A stretch of 64,000 bases of DNA from Octopus sinensis. Taxonomy: Eukaryota. The position numbers were made by a program, and so were the translations under genes. The stretch covers positions 13,454,001 through 13,518,000 of the forward strand of contig NC_043016.1 in NCBI RefSeq assembly GCF_006345805.1, written 5' to 3'. Numbering within the stretch: the stretch's first letter is position 1; each line of letters opens with the position of its first letter. Of the stretch, positions 12,490 to 24,889 are shown in pieces. The notes beneath the pieces were generated by a model. It saw only the letters and a list, made by a program, of their open reading frames with translations, was not told where the DNA came from and searched no databases.

Positions 12490-12694
12490 TTTTTCTATCT
12501 ATTTATCTGTACATCTGTCTGTCTGTCTGTCTATCTATCTGTATGTTTGTCTGTTTAGATGTCTTGATGTCTATATCTATATATCTCTATCTATCTATCA
12601 ATTTATTTATCTATTTATCTATCTATTTATTTACCTGTCAGTCTGCCTGTCTATATACCCATCTATCTAGCTATCTATCGATTGATCCAACTAC

Positions 12695-12747
<53 letters not shown>

Positions 12748-12990
12748 AACCTATCTATCTATCTATCTATCTGTCTATCTATCTATCTATCTATCTATCA
12801 ACCTATCTATCTATCTATCTATCTATCTGTCTATCTATCTGTCTATCTATCTATCTATCTATCTATCTATTTATCTATCTATCAACCTATCTATCTATTT
12901 CTTTATCTATCAACCTATCTATCTACCTAGTTACCTAGCTATCTATGTACCTATCTATTTATCTTTCTATCACCCTCTATCTGTGTGTCT
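12490..12990. repeat. (TCTA)n tetranucleotide microsatellite
   Basis: Directly visible. Confidence 0.96.
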
Positions 12991-14107
12991 ATCTGACTGA
13001 CTCTTCTACCTGTCTTTTGTGCATGTTATTATGTATGCATGAATGAGTGAGTGAATGTGTGTGTGTGTGCGTGTGGTGTGTCTGTCTGTCTATCTGTCCA
13101 TGTGTATCTGTGTGCTAATTTTACCATAATCTTTTTCCTTATATTCCATACACTCCATGCTATTATTTCTGCATCAAATCAAGCTTTTAATAATTCGAGT
13201 TCAAAAACGATTCCCTTCCACCTCCACCGTTATCTTCGACTTTCTAAGTTTCCATTTCATTCTTTTCCATCTCTGTTTCTTTATTATTTTATTCTAAGCT
13301 TTCGTTTCACTACTTTTTTTTTTCTTTTTACCGTTTCTTTCTTTGTTTTGTTTCCATTGTCTTCTTTTCCTTTTTCTTATGAATGATGCTAGTTTGGAAA
13401 TCCTGAATATTGGCATTGTTAATCTTTCCATGTTCACATTCGCTGCCCTTGTGGCAAATGAAAGAAATTGTTGTTCTTGTTGATGCTATTATTGTTTCTT
13501 GTTGTTGCTGTAGTTGCTGCTACTGCTGCTGCTGCTACTGCTGCTGCTACTGCTGCTGCTGCTACTGCTGCTGCTACTGCTGCTGCTCCTGCTGTTTTTG
13601 TTGCAGTGAACAGCCAATGTATCACAGAGCTTCTTAAGGAATCGTCTAGGAAAGACAAAGAGGAAGGTGAACATAGTTATGTCTCTGGGGACAGGCCAGA
13701 GCAGCAGCAAAGACAAGTTCTATCAAACTCATCTTCTGTACAACCAACACCTGGGACCGAGAAGCCACTTTGGAGTCTGTCTTTCAAATAACACGAGACT
13801 AGGCAGAAGTTCCAACCAACAGTTTCTAACAGCAACAATGAAAAATATATGAAACATGGAGAAGGGTGAGGAAACTGCAAGGACAATTGAAAAAAAATAA
13901 AAGGTAAAAATAGCCCCAGACAGGGGATACTTGAAACGACCATGGAAGGGCATTTGTTTGACCACAGAGGGTGGGTTTCACAGTCATCTGAACGAATGGT
14001 GTGAATCTGATGAAATGGTAACAGGAAATGAAAAACAGCAACAGGAATGAGGATCCAGTTTAGAGCGAGATTGAAAGCAATTGCCTCAAACATCAAGATG
14101 GTTGATT

Positions 14108-14312
14108 TTAACTCTTTGGCATACACGGATTACTCTGTCAAATGTAATGCTTATATCATTGCCTCATAACATCAAGATTTTGATGATGTGATCATTTATT
14201 TCTAGAATGACATTGCAGGGTAGGTGCAAGAGGCTGGATCTGGCCAGTTTGAATATAAAGACAGGTAGAATATTTGGGCCGGATATGGCTGGTTTCAATA
14301 CTAATGGGTTAA
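14108..14312. mobile_element. short TTAA-flanked MITE (piggyBac-like ends)
   Basis: TTAACTCTTTGGCATA ... ATACTAATGGGTTAA form imperfect TIRs bounded by TTAA. Confidence 0.55.
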
Positions 14313-14969
14313 TGAAAAATATCTAAATCAGAAAACTATCAACAGCTAAAGATTGGATGTGAGAGGCATTGAGGGTTTGGTCCAAACTAACTCAAGTTGA
14401 CAGGCAAGTTTGGAGAACCGAAAACACAGAAAGTGACTGGACTGGAAGAAAGTCATCATCATGGAGTCACCTGGTTCTACCTAGATGGAGGTTTCTTACT
14501 CATGTATGGGTGGATTACCCATATTTATTTTGTACACCATGCCTGTCTTAATTCTCCCTCTTGCTCTCTGGTACACAAACACCATCATTACCTCCCTTCC
14601 AGCTACGCTTGCAGAGCCACCATGTATGTCCTCTCTAATAAGACACCTGCACTTGATTCTCTATCACAGTTTAGTCTTTAAAACCTGACATAAAGTCACC
14701 TCCCCCTCTTTAAAATACATTCCCCCTCAATCAAGGGAGGATTTTTTCCTTTTCCTTTCTGTACTTTTCTTTGTCCTGCAAGGCACTTGGCAACCCCACT
14801 GGTGCTGGTGTCATGATAAAAGCACCCAGTACACACTGAAAAGTGGTCAGTGTTAGGAAGGGCAGCATCCAGCAGTTAAAACCATGCCAAAATAGGCACT
14901 AGGGCCTGATACACAGCAGCAGTTCACTGTCAAACCATTCAACCCTCACTAACATGGAGATCACGTGTT

Positions 14970-15228
14970 CAATGATGATGACGACAACGACAATGTTGAT
15001 GATGATGATAGATGATGATGACAATGATGACGATGACAATGGTGATGATGACGACGATGACGATGATGATGATGATGAATTTAACAATGATGATGACGAT
15101 AATGATGATGAGAACGATAATGATGATGATGATGACGATGACAATTGTGATGATGATGATGATGACAATGACAATGTTGATGATAACAGATGATGATGAG
15201 AACGATGATGAGAACGATGATGATGACA

Positions 15229-15261
<33 letters not shown>

Positions 15262-15480
15262 ATGATGATGACGATGACAATGATGATGACGACGACGACG
15301 ATGATGACGATGATGATGATGATGAATTTAACAACGATGGTGACAATAATGACAATGGTGGCGATGACGACAGATGATGACGATGATGATGATGATGATG
15401 ATGATGACGATGACAATGATGACGATGATGATGAATTTAACAATGATGATGACAATAATGACAATGATGGTGATGATGAT
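14970..15480. repeat. (GAT)n array continuing the tail of a diverged family B copy (about 14790-14975)
   Basis: Directly visible; preceded by AAAGCACCCAGTACAC..AGGAAGGGCAGCATCCAGC..AACATGGAG. Confidence 0.93.
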
Positions 15481-15519
15481 GTACATCCCCACATATTTTA
15501 TAATCCACTAGCAGCATAG

Positions 15520-15537
15520 ACCCGGCGTTGCCCGGGT
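15520..15537 (-). terminator. Helitron 3' subterminal hairpin (rolling-circle termination signal)
   Basis: ACCCGG-CGTTGC-CCGGGT: 6-bp stem, 6-nt loop, 8 nt from the terminal CTAG. Confidence 0.9.
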
Positions 15538-15630
15538 ATGTAAGAGCCCCTAGTAGGCAACGACTAATCCCAATGTAGTCCTTTCCCTCCAGGGAACGAA
15601 GGTGCATGTGGACGTTGCAATGTCTTGTCT

Positions 15631-18600
15631 TCACTGGAATACTTCTGTATATACGATGTTCCTAGCTGTCCGTTTGGGCGAAAACATGAAAACATCATTG
15701 CGCCTCCCAACGCGTGAACAGCCCACGTAGAGTTGACCGTGGGCGAAGCACTGTTCGCCCAAATGTAACCCAGCGACTTGTAGCGTTTGGCCTTGGGATT
15801 TATTGATGGACATTGCGAAGCAGAGTTTAACAGGAAACTGAGAACGCCTGAAGTGGATTGGTAGGTCAGCGCCCGACGGTTGAAGGTGCATCCGTGGAAT
15901 GAAGACGTCCTCTCCCTTCCCACAACCGGTAAGTATTGTGGCCGTTATTAAATGTGGTGCCAAATGTTTCACAACCAAACGTGTGCCGTTGCACTGTTTA
16001 GGTGGAACCAAATTCCTGATGAGCATAATGGGCGCACCGACTTTTAACTTCAGGATGTGTGGTAGCAGGCCTGGCGGTTCAAGTGAATTCAGGAATTCAA
16101 CAGGATAATCAGCAAGCTGGGCGGGGTCTGCTGTCCTATCTATAGATTTGTAGACGTGGACATCACCAGGAATAGCTTCAAGTAGCTGGATATTGATGGA
16201 TTTGACGGTTGTATTTTTGGGTGCGAGAATAGCTCTGCCTGCCAGCCATTTTAGGTCGCGTAAATTGTTTTGTAGGTCGTGGAAGACAGCGTCCCGGAGG
16301 CTAGCAGGGGTGTCGACAATGGTGCAAAGTGAGTCCAATTGAACGTAGCCATCCGCATCAGACAGCATCCTATTTTCACCGAGCGATAAGAGGTCCCTGG
16401 AGAATGCAGCGGATCCGCTGTCACCAATTAACTGCGCGCACATGTTAGTTTGGAGGTGCAAGGGCCGCACATGTGCCCAAAGAGCTGACGACTTAAGGCA
16501 CGCGCGCACGGCATCGGCACGGGTTCCTTTTGGAATAACAGGTAGAGTCTGCCTGAAGTCTCCTGAAAGAAGTAAAGTTAATCCTCCCATGGGCGCCGTA
16601 GAGTCTCTGATGTCTTGCAGGGACCTGTCCAGTGCCTCAAGGGCGCCTTTGTGTGCCATAGTGCACTCGTCCCATACGATGAGTTTGCATCTGCGCAGAA
16701 TGTCGGCCTGTTCTGAGTTCTTGGCGATGTTGCAGATAGGTGACTCGGACTTTGCCAGATCGAGCGGGAGTCTGAAGGCAGAGTGGGCGGTTCTGCCACC
16801 CGGAAGCAACGTGGCCGCGATACCAGAGGAAGCTACAGCCAGGGCAATGTCCGTGTTGTGTCTGACCTCTGCCAGAATTAGTTTAGTGACGAAGGTTTTG
16901 CCAGTGCCGCCGGGTGCATCAAGGAAGAAAATCCCCCCACGTTGCTGTCTGACAGAGTCTACGATGATGTTGTAGGCTATGCGCTGGTCTGGAAGCAGCC
17001 GTGGTTCATTATCTTGGACGTACTGGTGCAGAGCCGAGGTGTTGCTGAGCCGTACGTAAGAAGTCGTGCGACATGTCATCCCTGTATTTCATCCAGAGAC
17101 TTAGTGGATCACTAAGCTGACATTTTTGAAGAAGGATTGCGAAAAGATGTCGTAGGGCCGAATGCGTTTGCAGTAAAGCACCCTCTGCCATCGTGGCGTC
17201 CCACTGGGAGTCATCCTCTAGAAGGCCAAGTCTCATACATGCTTCCCTGAAGGTGTCGCACAGAACCCCATTGACGGTACGTATATTGGCGAAACCTGTT
17301 GGACCAGTGACCTCATGTAGAAGGAGACGGAGGTAGACGCATTCTTGTTGGTTTGGCGGGATGTTGTAAACTCGACCCAGGCAGGAGTCAAACTTGACGC
17401 CTGGGAAGCTTTCGACGTTTTTGCCGGATTTCCGTCGAACCCAGGTGTTTTTAGACCACACGAAGTACGATGGGACCTGTGGGTACAAAAGCGTTCGAGC
17501 GAAGTCATCACGTTGGCATAATTTGAAGAAACCAGTCAACGTTGTGTCTTTAGGGCTGGTGGCTATCTGCACAGCACTTTGCTCTGTGAAGTAAATCCGC
17601 TGTCCATTTTCCAAGTGTACAGCAAGCTGCACCACAGCCGGGTGTCTCTGATGGAGCGGGAAGCCGTAAATGCGCCAAAACGCTTCGTTGCTGCTGAGGT
17701 ACCGGCCAGCCAAGTAGTTGGACACTTCGTCGCGACTGGTGGTCCTCTGGATGCTGAACATGGCAGCATCGCTGCCTTTGTTGATATATTTGCAGACATA
17801 TTGTATTGACCTGATGGAGCTGCAGAACTCAACGTTGACGTGGGCTTTGAATATCTTCGACAGGAGAGGACAGTAGGGGACAATGTAGCTGTTGTCCACT
17901 TGATGTCGCCCAACCGTAATCGTGCGGCCTCCATTGGCTGGACTCCTTCGTTTGTACAGCGGATACCCATCGCCGCCTGTTTGAGTCTCCAAAGTGAACC
18001 GTTTAGGGAATCCCTTTGAGCAGGCTAATCCGTTTTTGTAGCATGGTGTGTTGGCGTAATTTGGTCCACAGGGCCCGTGTACTATGGTAGTGCGGACAAT
18101 TTCGTAGAGTCCGGGGTCCTCATCGGGGTCAGGAATCTCGGCGGAAATGAATTTGTCAATGTCATTAGTCTCGATTTTATGAGTGAGCCAAATTAAGATG
18201 TGAGCATGTGGCAAGCCCCTCTTTTGCCACTCGACCGAAAACATGTGGCACCTGACATGCCCGAAAATCTGACCCTTAACTATCAAATCCTTCATTTTGC
18301 CCAAATTCAGACGGAAAACCCAAGCAACGATGTCGTGTCGATGGGTGTGAGATTGACCCGGGCGGAGTTCGCGAGTGATTTCGTCGCAGCTGGGATTGCA
18401 CGTGTAGGTGATAAAGAGGTCCGGCCGGCCGTAAATGCGCACGTAGGTCAAGGCGTCTTGGGTCCTTTCACGCATATATCGCGGTCCTCCCGTGAAGGTG
18501 GAGGGTAGAATGCATGGCTTGCCGATGTTGCGAGGGTCATTTTCTTGTTGCAAACCGTCACGGAGATGAATGTAGGAGTCGGAGCGAAGTTTGGTCTGAT

Positions 18601-20316
18601 TAAGTTTAATGTATAGCAGCCTTTCCGATTCCATTTTTGCGGCCATGTCGACGGCGAACTGGTTGAATAGCTGACGACAACGGGGCAATAAGTTGAACTC
18701 ACCCTCCCTGACCATGAACCGGTATGAGTAGAACGCCCTGCAGGAAACCGTCTTTGATGCCGCAGTAGTTTGATTGAAGGGCTGCCGTAAAGGAATTCCG
18801 AAGTGGTAGCCGTCTTCCCCATAAGGGAAAAGCAATGGATACTGAAGCGCGTCATAAGATCTGTGAGTCTCGCTGATCCTGTGTAGGTTGTTACCACGGG
18901 AGGAGATGATTATGTCACGGCTGTTGTGTTGCTCTCCGTGTATGACTGCGGCAATTTCGTTGCACGCAGGTGCGTTGAAACGGCGTTCGTGCTCCCCGTG
19001 GGGTCGTTTATCAGCATCAATGACAACGGTGAAGTTTGGAGATGGAGCACTGTCCAAGGCATATCTGAACTGCAGACGTAGCTGTTATCATGAAGCATGG
19101 TTTGGAGACGGAGAAGAATGTCTTTGCGGGGAACATAGCTTGTACCCGGTATTATTCCAAGGCGTGCATCAACCTGGTGGTTGTAGTCGGCAATGAAGTA
19201 TATTTGGAGGAAAGAAGACTGCTGAATCTCGTCTGGCAGAAGTGACCCAATAAGATGGCAGACCTGTCCCTGCACTTTGAAAGTAGGCATCCAGCCTTCT
19301 CTGGGAGGAATTTTGGCCCCGAAAGAGGTCATTTGAATGAGCAGTTGTACTTTCGAATTATTTCAAGGAATTGTGACGAATCGGGGGTTAAACCCACCGC
19401 GAGATCCTTCAGTGGTTGAGGTGGTTCCCGTAGGGGTGGCAGGTCCACTTTGCCACCAGAGCAGCACAAACCAGGTGGCTCTCCGGGCCATTTCTTGGCT
19501 TTGCAAAACTGGCATACAATTGTCATTGACCCTATCTTGATGTCGTCACGCAAGGAGAAGTTAATTGTGGCGTCGTAGTTGAATGCTAGTGACAACCAGA
19601 AAGCGGGGGCAGGGGTACGTACACCACGAATGATATCCCGACGTTTGTTGATACTCTCAAGTCGAGTGCACCGTGCCTCAGCAGATTCAGATGCACGTGC
19701 GACAGCAGTAGCAGTGGCATCCCTTGAAAGCCTTTCAGCTCTCGCCTCAGCACCCTCTGAAGCCCTAGCAGAAGCAGTGCTAATGGCATGTCTGGATGTC
19801 CGAATAGTCCGTTGGTGTGGAGTTTCGGCAGATCGAGCCCTGGCTGTTTGCGGCGTTAGCAGCTTGGCGAGCTCTCCTCTGTTGAGGTGTTTCGGCAGCT
19901 TTGGCCATGGCTTTGTTTGCGGCGTCAGCACATTGGCGAGTTCTCCTCTGCTGTGAGGTTTCGACAGATCGTGTCCTGGCGGTGCTAGTGGCGTTAGCCG
20001 CATTCCGAATGGCCCTTTGTTCGGGGTTCTCGCGAGCTCTGCGGATGGAAGCACAGTAAGAAGCCCGCATGTTTTGGCTGGACTGTTGCTCTTTCGTCAA
20101 CCTCGAGCGGAGGGAAGATCTGTACGCTGCGACCCTTGCAAGTCGGGTAGAACGGTCGCTAGTAGTTTCAGATACCTGAGCAGCGGCATAACGGGAAGCT
20201 GTTTGCGAGAGGCGCAAGGCGGTTTCCTCGTGGGTCTCGCGTGCCCTTCTAGCCCTAGCAGCCGATGCCTTGGCCGTCCGAGGGCTGAGGAGGGTCCTTC
20301 TCTTCTTCGGTGGCAT
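15631..20316 (-). pseudogene. Helitron RepHel transposase (STPR repeats, Cys cluster, HUH Rep, Pif1 helicase) split over 5 reading frames
   Basis: ATG at 20316 (MPPKKRR). CQFCKAKKWPGEPPGLCC. Rep motifs DLFITYTCNP, VEWQKRGLPHAHILIW and YVCKYINKG. Pif1 motifs DAPGGTGKT, WDECTM, GDFRQTLPV, SINKSQGQT and HGQLYVGCSRV. Stop at 15631-15633. Frame breaks near 19847, 19333, 19080 and 17045. Confidence 0.95.
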
Positions 20317-20436
20317 TTTGGTGGATAGCAATGTGTTTGGCAAAGGTGTAATAAAAAGGAACACGTGGGGTAAGTATTTTGGTGGATAGCAATGTGTTTG
20401 GTAAAGGTGTAATAAAAAGGAGCTCGTGGGGTAAGT
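20315..20436. repeat. 61-bp tandem duplication immediately upstream of the RepHel start codon
   Basis: ATTTTGGTGGATAGCAATGTGTTTGG.AAAGGTGTAATAAAAAGGA.C.CGTGGGGTAAGT at 20315 and 20376. Confidence 0.92.
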
Positions 20437-22631
20437 ATCCGAAAATGTATAAAAATGTACAAAAACGGCCAAAAAGCTGGCAGCAATGTGAGTGACAACA
20501 ACGAAAAAGTCAAAAGTGATCAAACTGAACAAACGAAAGGAAAAGTTTTTTGATGCACACGACAAAAGTGGTTTATAATAAACCAAGAGTTTGCAAGTAG
20601 CGTCCGAGGACCGTTAGGGTACGTCAAAAATTGAAGGTAAAACGTTTGGGGTGGTAGTTATAAAGAAAGTTTAAACAAAAAAAGTATTCGAATAACTTGC
20701 GGCTGCAGCAGCTATTAGCAGAAGTGGCGGTGTTGGGGGTAAAGTCTCGAATGTAATTTCTTCCTGGTAGGAATTGGTTGGATCGAATTATCGATAGCTA
20801 AAAAGGTCAAGTTGCGTCCCCTAGACAGTCTGGTTTGTGTTTAATACACAAATTTGTTTGCTATGTGTGCCACATATGATTAAATTAACCGATTTTTTCC
20901 AATAATGTATCCTATTGGAATAAAAAGGGCTATATAGCTCCTTGGAGCAGACATGATGCTCGTTGTGAAAAAAAAAAAGATTCCTGCCAATTTGTGAAAG
21001 ATATTGTCGAAAATATGTCATCTTGAATTTGAACGCGATTTCCCAAAATGGCATGATTTTATCGATTGTTTCTGATGGTAAGGTATTGCATGGAAAACTA
21101 AAGTCAGAATTGAGTTTCTTAGGGTAACATTAAGCTTCACCATGAGTTCGGTGAAAATCGATTGCAAGTTGTGAAAACTACCATAGATAATGCGTTGCAT
21201 AAAAAAAGCTTAGATTCTCGAGTTGCGTCCCCTAGACAGTCTGTGGTTCATGTTTATGATTCTCGACCCCATGTCGAATTTATCAATTTTTTTCAAAACT
21301 GGGGGAACTTTTCAAAATTTTCGCTGCGTTAGTTTTGAATTATGACATTGGGCTATGTGTGTGTCAAGTTTCATCAGAATCGGTTGAAAGCCGTGGTCAG
21401 GGTGAGGGTACGAGAAAACAGACACACAGAAGCACGCACAGACAAACTGCCGTTTATATATAGAGAGATTTTGTGAAACACAATCACCATCATCATCATT
21501 ATAACTTGTTGGATTGGCAGAAGTGTTATAAATATATGAACACATGGATGATATGTTCCTCACGTGACAGGAGAGCTTCCACTTGAGCCAATCAAGAGAC
21601 CTCACAGATCCAGGATTACCTTCTTCAACAGGGACAAAATGCCTTGCAGTATTTTTTTTTTTTTTATACTTTACATTCTGAGTTCAAATCCTACCAAGAT
21701 CAACAAGAAAGGTACCAGAAAGGTACTGGGATCAATACAATCAACTGCTCCCTTTCCCAAAATTTCTACTGTTATTATTATTATTTAGCATGAAAAACGT
21801 ACGTTAAACGATGATTATTATTGTTGTTGTTGTTGTTGTGGTTGTTGTTTTTGTTGTTATTGTTGTTGTTATTATTATCATCATCATCATCATTATTATT
21901 ATTATTGAGTGATTTGTTAGTTGGTTAAATAACTAAACAACTGACTAATAATAAAGAAGTGAAATTAAACCAGTGTGTGTGTTTATTGTTATTTGTGTAA
22001 TGACCCTTCCAAGACACAGCAAGATTTGTTTCATCATGTGAAATCAGATCAAGAATCTTGCAAACCAAATACAATAACAAATTATTATTACCATTATTGA
22101 AATTTGCCTCAATACCATGAGATTTTCTGTTTAAGTTTCACACTTTTTCTAATGTTTTTGTCCTAAAAGAGATTTGTTTACTTCAAGTTGTCAGTTTTGC
22201 TGAGAAACTGACATATAATGCTGAGATTCAGTTTTTTTCTTTCTTTTGTTGACAGCTACATACAAGGTCGTACTATCAATAAAACTCTGGGGGTTTTTTT
22301 TTTTCTTCTGTTTGTTTGTTTTCAAAATTCCTATTTTCCTTTTTGAGAAACCATGGATGCCAAGATACCGAGAATGCCATCAAAAACACAGTGCTGGTGG
22401 TTCGAAGGAGATGAAAGAGAAGTGAAAGGTGTTGCTAAAACAGATGAAAAATGTTCTACAACTTTGATCTCAAAAACAAAGTGGTGTGACCATTATGGCA
22501 ATGATGTGCTTTGAAGTCATTTGCTGCCTATGTTCCACCATTACATTGGTGTTGCTTCATGCAAATGAGGAAAAACAAAAACTGTAACAAACACAGCAGT
22601 AGTAATGATAATGGTACCAACAGCCAAGGAA

Positions 22632-22915
22632 AGGTACATGGCTCAGTGGTTAGAGCATTTGGCTCACAATCATTAAATAGTGAATTCGATTCCCAGACCA
22701 GGCTGTGTGTTGTGTTTTTGTGCAAGACACTTTATTTCTCATTCCTCTAGTTCATTCAGCTGTAGAAATGAGTTGTGACATCACAGGTGCCAAGCTGTAT
22801 CGGCCCCTTTGCCTTTCCCTTGGGTAACATTGGTGGTATCAATGACTGCTGGTCTACCATAAAAAACAACCTTGCCTTGGAGGGGAACTTTCTAAGTGAA
22901 ATCCCATGGTTATTT
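22632..22915 (+). mobile_element. tRNA-derived SINE family E
   Basis: TGGCTCAGTGGTTAGAGC A-box and GAATTCGATTCC B-box, then GCAAGACACTTTATTTC. Related to 63765-64000. Confidence 0.7.
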
Positions 22916-23045
22916 GTTCCACATACTTCTCAAGATTTTTGCTCACTGTTCCCAGGAGTCCGACAATTATTGGTACTACTGTTACCTTTTTCATCGGCCT
23001 CAACTGCTTAACTTCCCAAGCTAACCTGTCATATCTCTCGACTTT

Positions 23046-23082
<37 letters not shown>

Positions 23083-23699
23083 CATTATTATTATTATTAT
23101 TGTTATTATTATTATTATTATTAATATTATTATTATTATTATTACTATCATTATTATTATTATTGTTAATATCACTACTATTATTATTCCACCTTTGTTC
23201 AGCATTCTATTCTTCCACATTCTTCCACCTTCTGCTTGAAGAAACTCATTCGTTATAATCAATCTTTATTCATCAGTCAGATCTTTTATTCATTTATTTC
23301 ATAATTTAAGTTTGAAAAATACAAAAGAAAAAATCACAAAATAATTTGATGAAGAAGCCAAGACATAAATGAACAAAAACGAATGAAGAATAACAAAAAC
23401 ATGAAGAGTAAAAGAGAAAGCAAATAAACAATATTTCCAAAGAAGCTGTCCCACTTCTATATTTTCGCAAATCAAGATGTGCAAATCCCTTAAGTCATCC
23501 TCTATCTTTTTACCTCTCTCCTTACTTCTTTGTCACCATCACCACCACCACCAACACAACAACCTCTAAGTTATTTATATGTCATCATCTCTAAATGTTA
23601 TTGTTTATTTGGGGATAGGAGGGAGGGAGGGGATAATTTGTTTGTGTTTGTTTATCATATCAAGTTTTTGTTTTTTTTGTTATTTTTTTTCAGATTTCA

Positions 23700-23863
23700 C
23701 AATTCTAACATTATGTTCTGAGTTCAAATTCCGCTGAGGTCGACTTTGGCTTTCATCCTTTCAGGGTCAATAAATTAGTACCAGTTGAGAACTGGGGTTG
23801 ACGTAATTGACTATCCCACTCCTCCCCCACAAATTTCAGGCTTTGTGCCTATTAGTAGAAAGG

Positions 23864-23865
<2 letters not shown>
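23700..23865 (+). mobile_element. SINE family C, 5'-truncated
   Basis: GAGTTCAAATTCCGCTGAGGTCGACTTTGGCTTTCATCCTTTCAGGGTCAATAAATTAGTACC. Confidence 0.8.
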
Positions 23866-23911
<46 letters not shown>

Positions 23912-24055
23912 GAGTGAGAGAGCAGTGCATGCCATCAAAGTGACACTGGGGTAAAATATACGAAGCCCAATATACCCATCATGACTACCCGTCTGATAAG
24001 GGTACACCAGGCACATGCATCACAACCATATCTGCGCGACATGGTGATCTCATAT
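23912..24055 (-). mobile_element. family D element, short terminal fragment inside (TAA)n
   Basis: Near-identical to the start of 24270-24741 and 52735-53285; flanked by (ATT)n on both sides. Strand inferred from the truncation pattern. Confidence 0.85.
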
Positions 24056-24083
24056 TATTATTATTATTATCATTATTATTATT

Positions 24084-24269
<186 letters not shown>

Positions 24270-24740
24270 GAGTGAGAGAGCAGTTCATGCCATCAAAGTG
24301 ACACTGGGGTAAAATATACGAAGCCCGATATACCCATCATGACTACCCGTCTGATAAAGGTACACCAGGCACATGCATCACAACCATATGTGCGCGACAT
24401 GGTAATCTCATATCAAGATAAACAGCACATGACCTTGCAGGTGGGGCCCAGTTAGAATTTTCTTCAGGTTGAGTAGCCCATCCCGCTCAAACGGTCCCTG
24501 AATAAGGGTTGTTTAAGGATGTTGAAAGAACCACCCATGTTTCCAGAGGTGAACTATTCAAACCCCAAAGAATCCCTCTCAACACATGGCTATGATGCTC
24601 CCCCACTACTTCTGCTCGTGGTCAGAGATGCACATATCGTCAGCCACTAAGGGACATGCTCAACTGGTTAAGGTCAAACAACTGACAAGCAAATCTGTGG
24701 TATTGAGCAGAATATTTGCTGTAGCCCATCTTTTATACCA

Positions 24741-24741
<1 letters not shown>
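24270..24741 (-). mobile_element. family D element, truncated, inside (TAA)n
   Basis: GAGTGAGAGAGCAGTTCATGCC...CCCATCTTTTATACCA, flanked by (ATT)n. Confidence 0.88.
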
Positions 24742-24787
<46 letters not shown>

Positions 24788-24811
24788 CATTATTATTATT
24801 ATTATTATTGA

Positions 24812-24889
<78 letters not shown>

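Larger units (their letters stand above)
15508..21468 (-). mobile_element. Helitron (rolling-circle transposon) with both termini, 5961 bp
   Basis: Minus strand starts TCTCTCTATATATAAACGG at 21468 and ends CTAG at 15508. A GC-rich hairpin lies 8 nt before CTAG. The element sits between A and T with no TSD and contains the RepHel coding region. Confidence 0.96.

Noticed and set aside
15631-17079. Host PIF1 helicase gene
   Set aside because: It is intronless, directly follows a HUH Rep domain and lies within Helitron termini.
16442-20328. Plus-strand ORFs overlapping the Helitron
   Set aside because: They are antisense shadows of GC-rich RepHel coding sequence.
22256-22266. 11-nt micro-exon (TTTTGTTGACAG|CTACATACAAG|GTCGTA) and the nearby 53-aa ORF at about 22353
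   Set aside because: The donor is weak, the length is not frame-preserving and I recognise no homology; it cannot be supported without RNA data.
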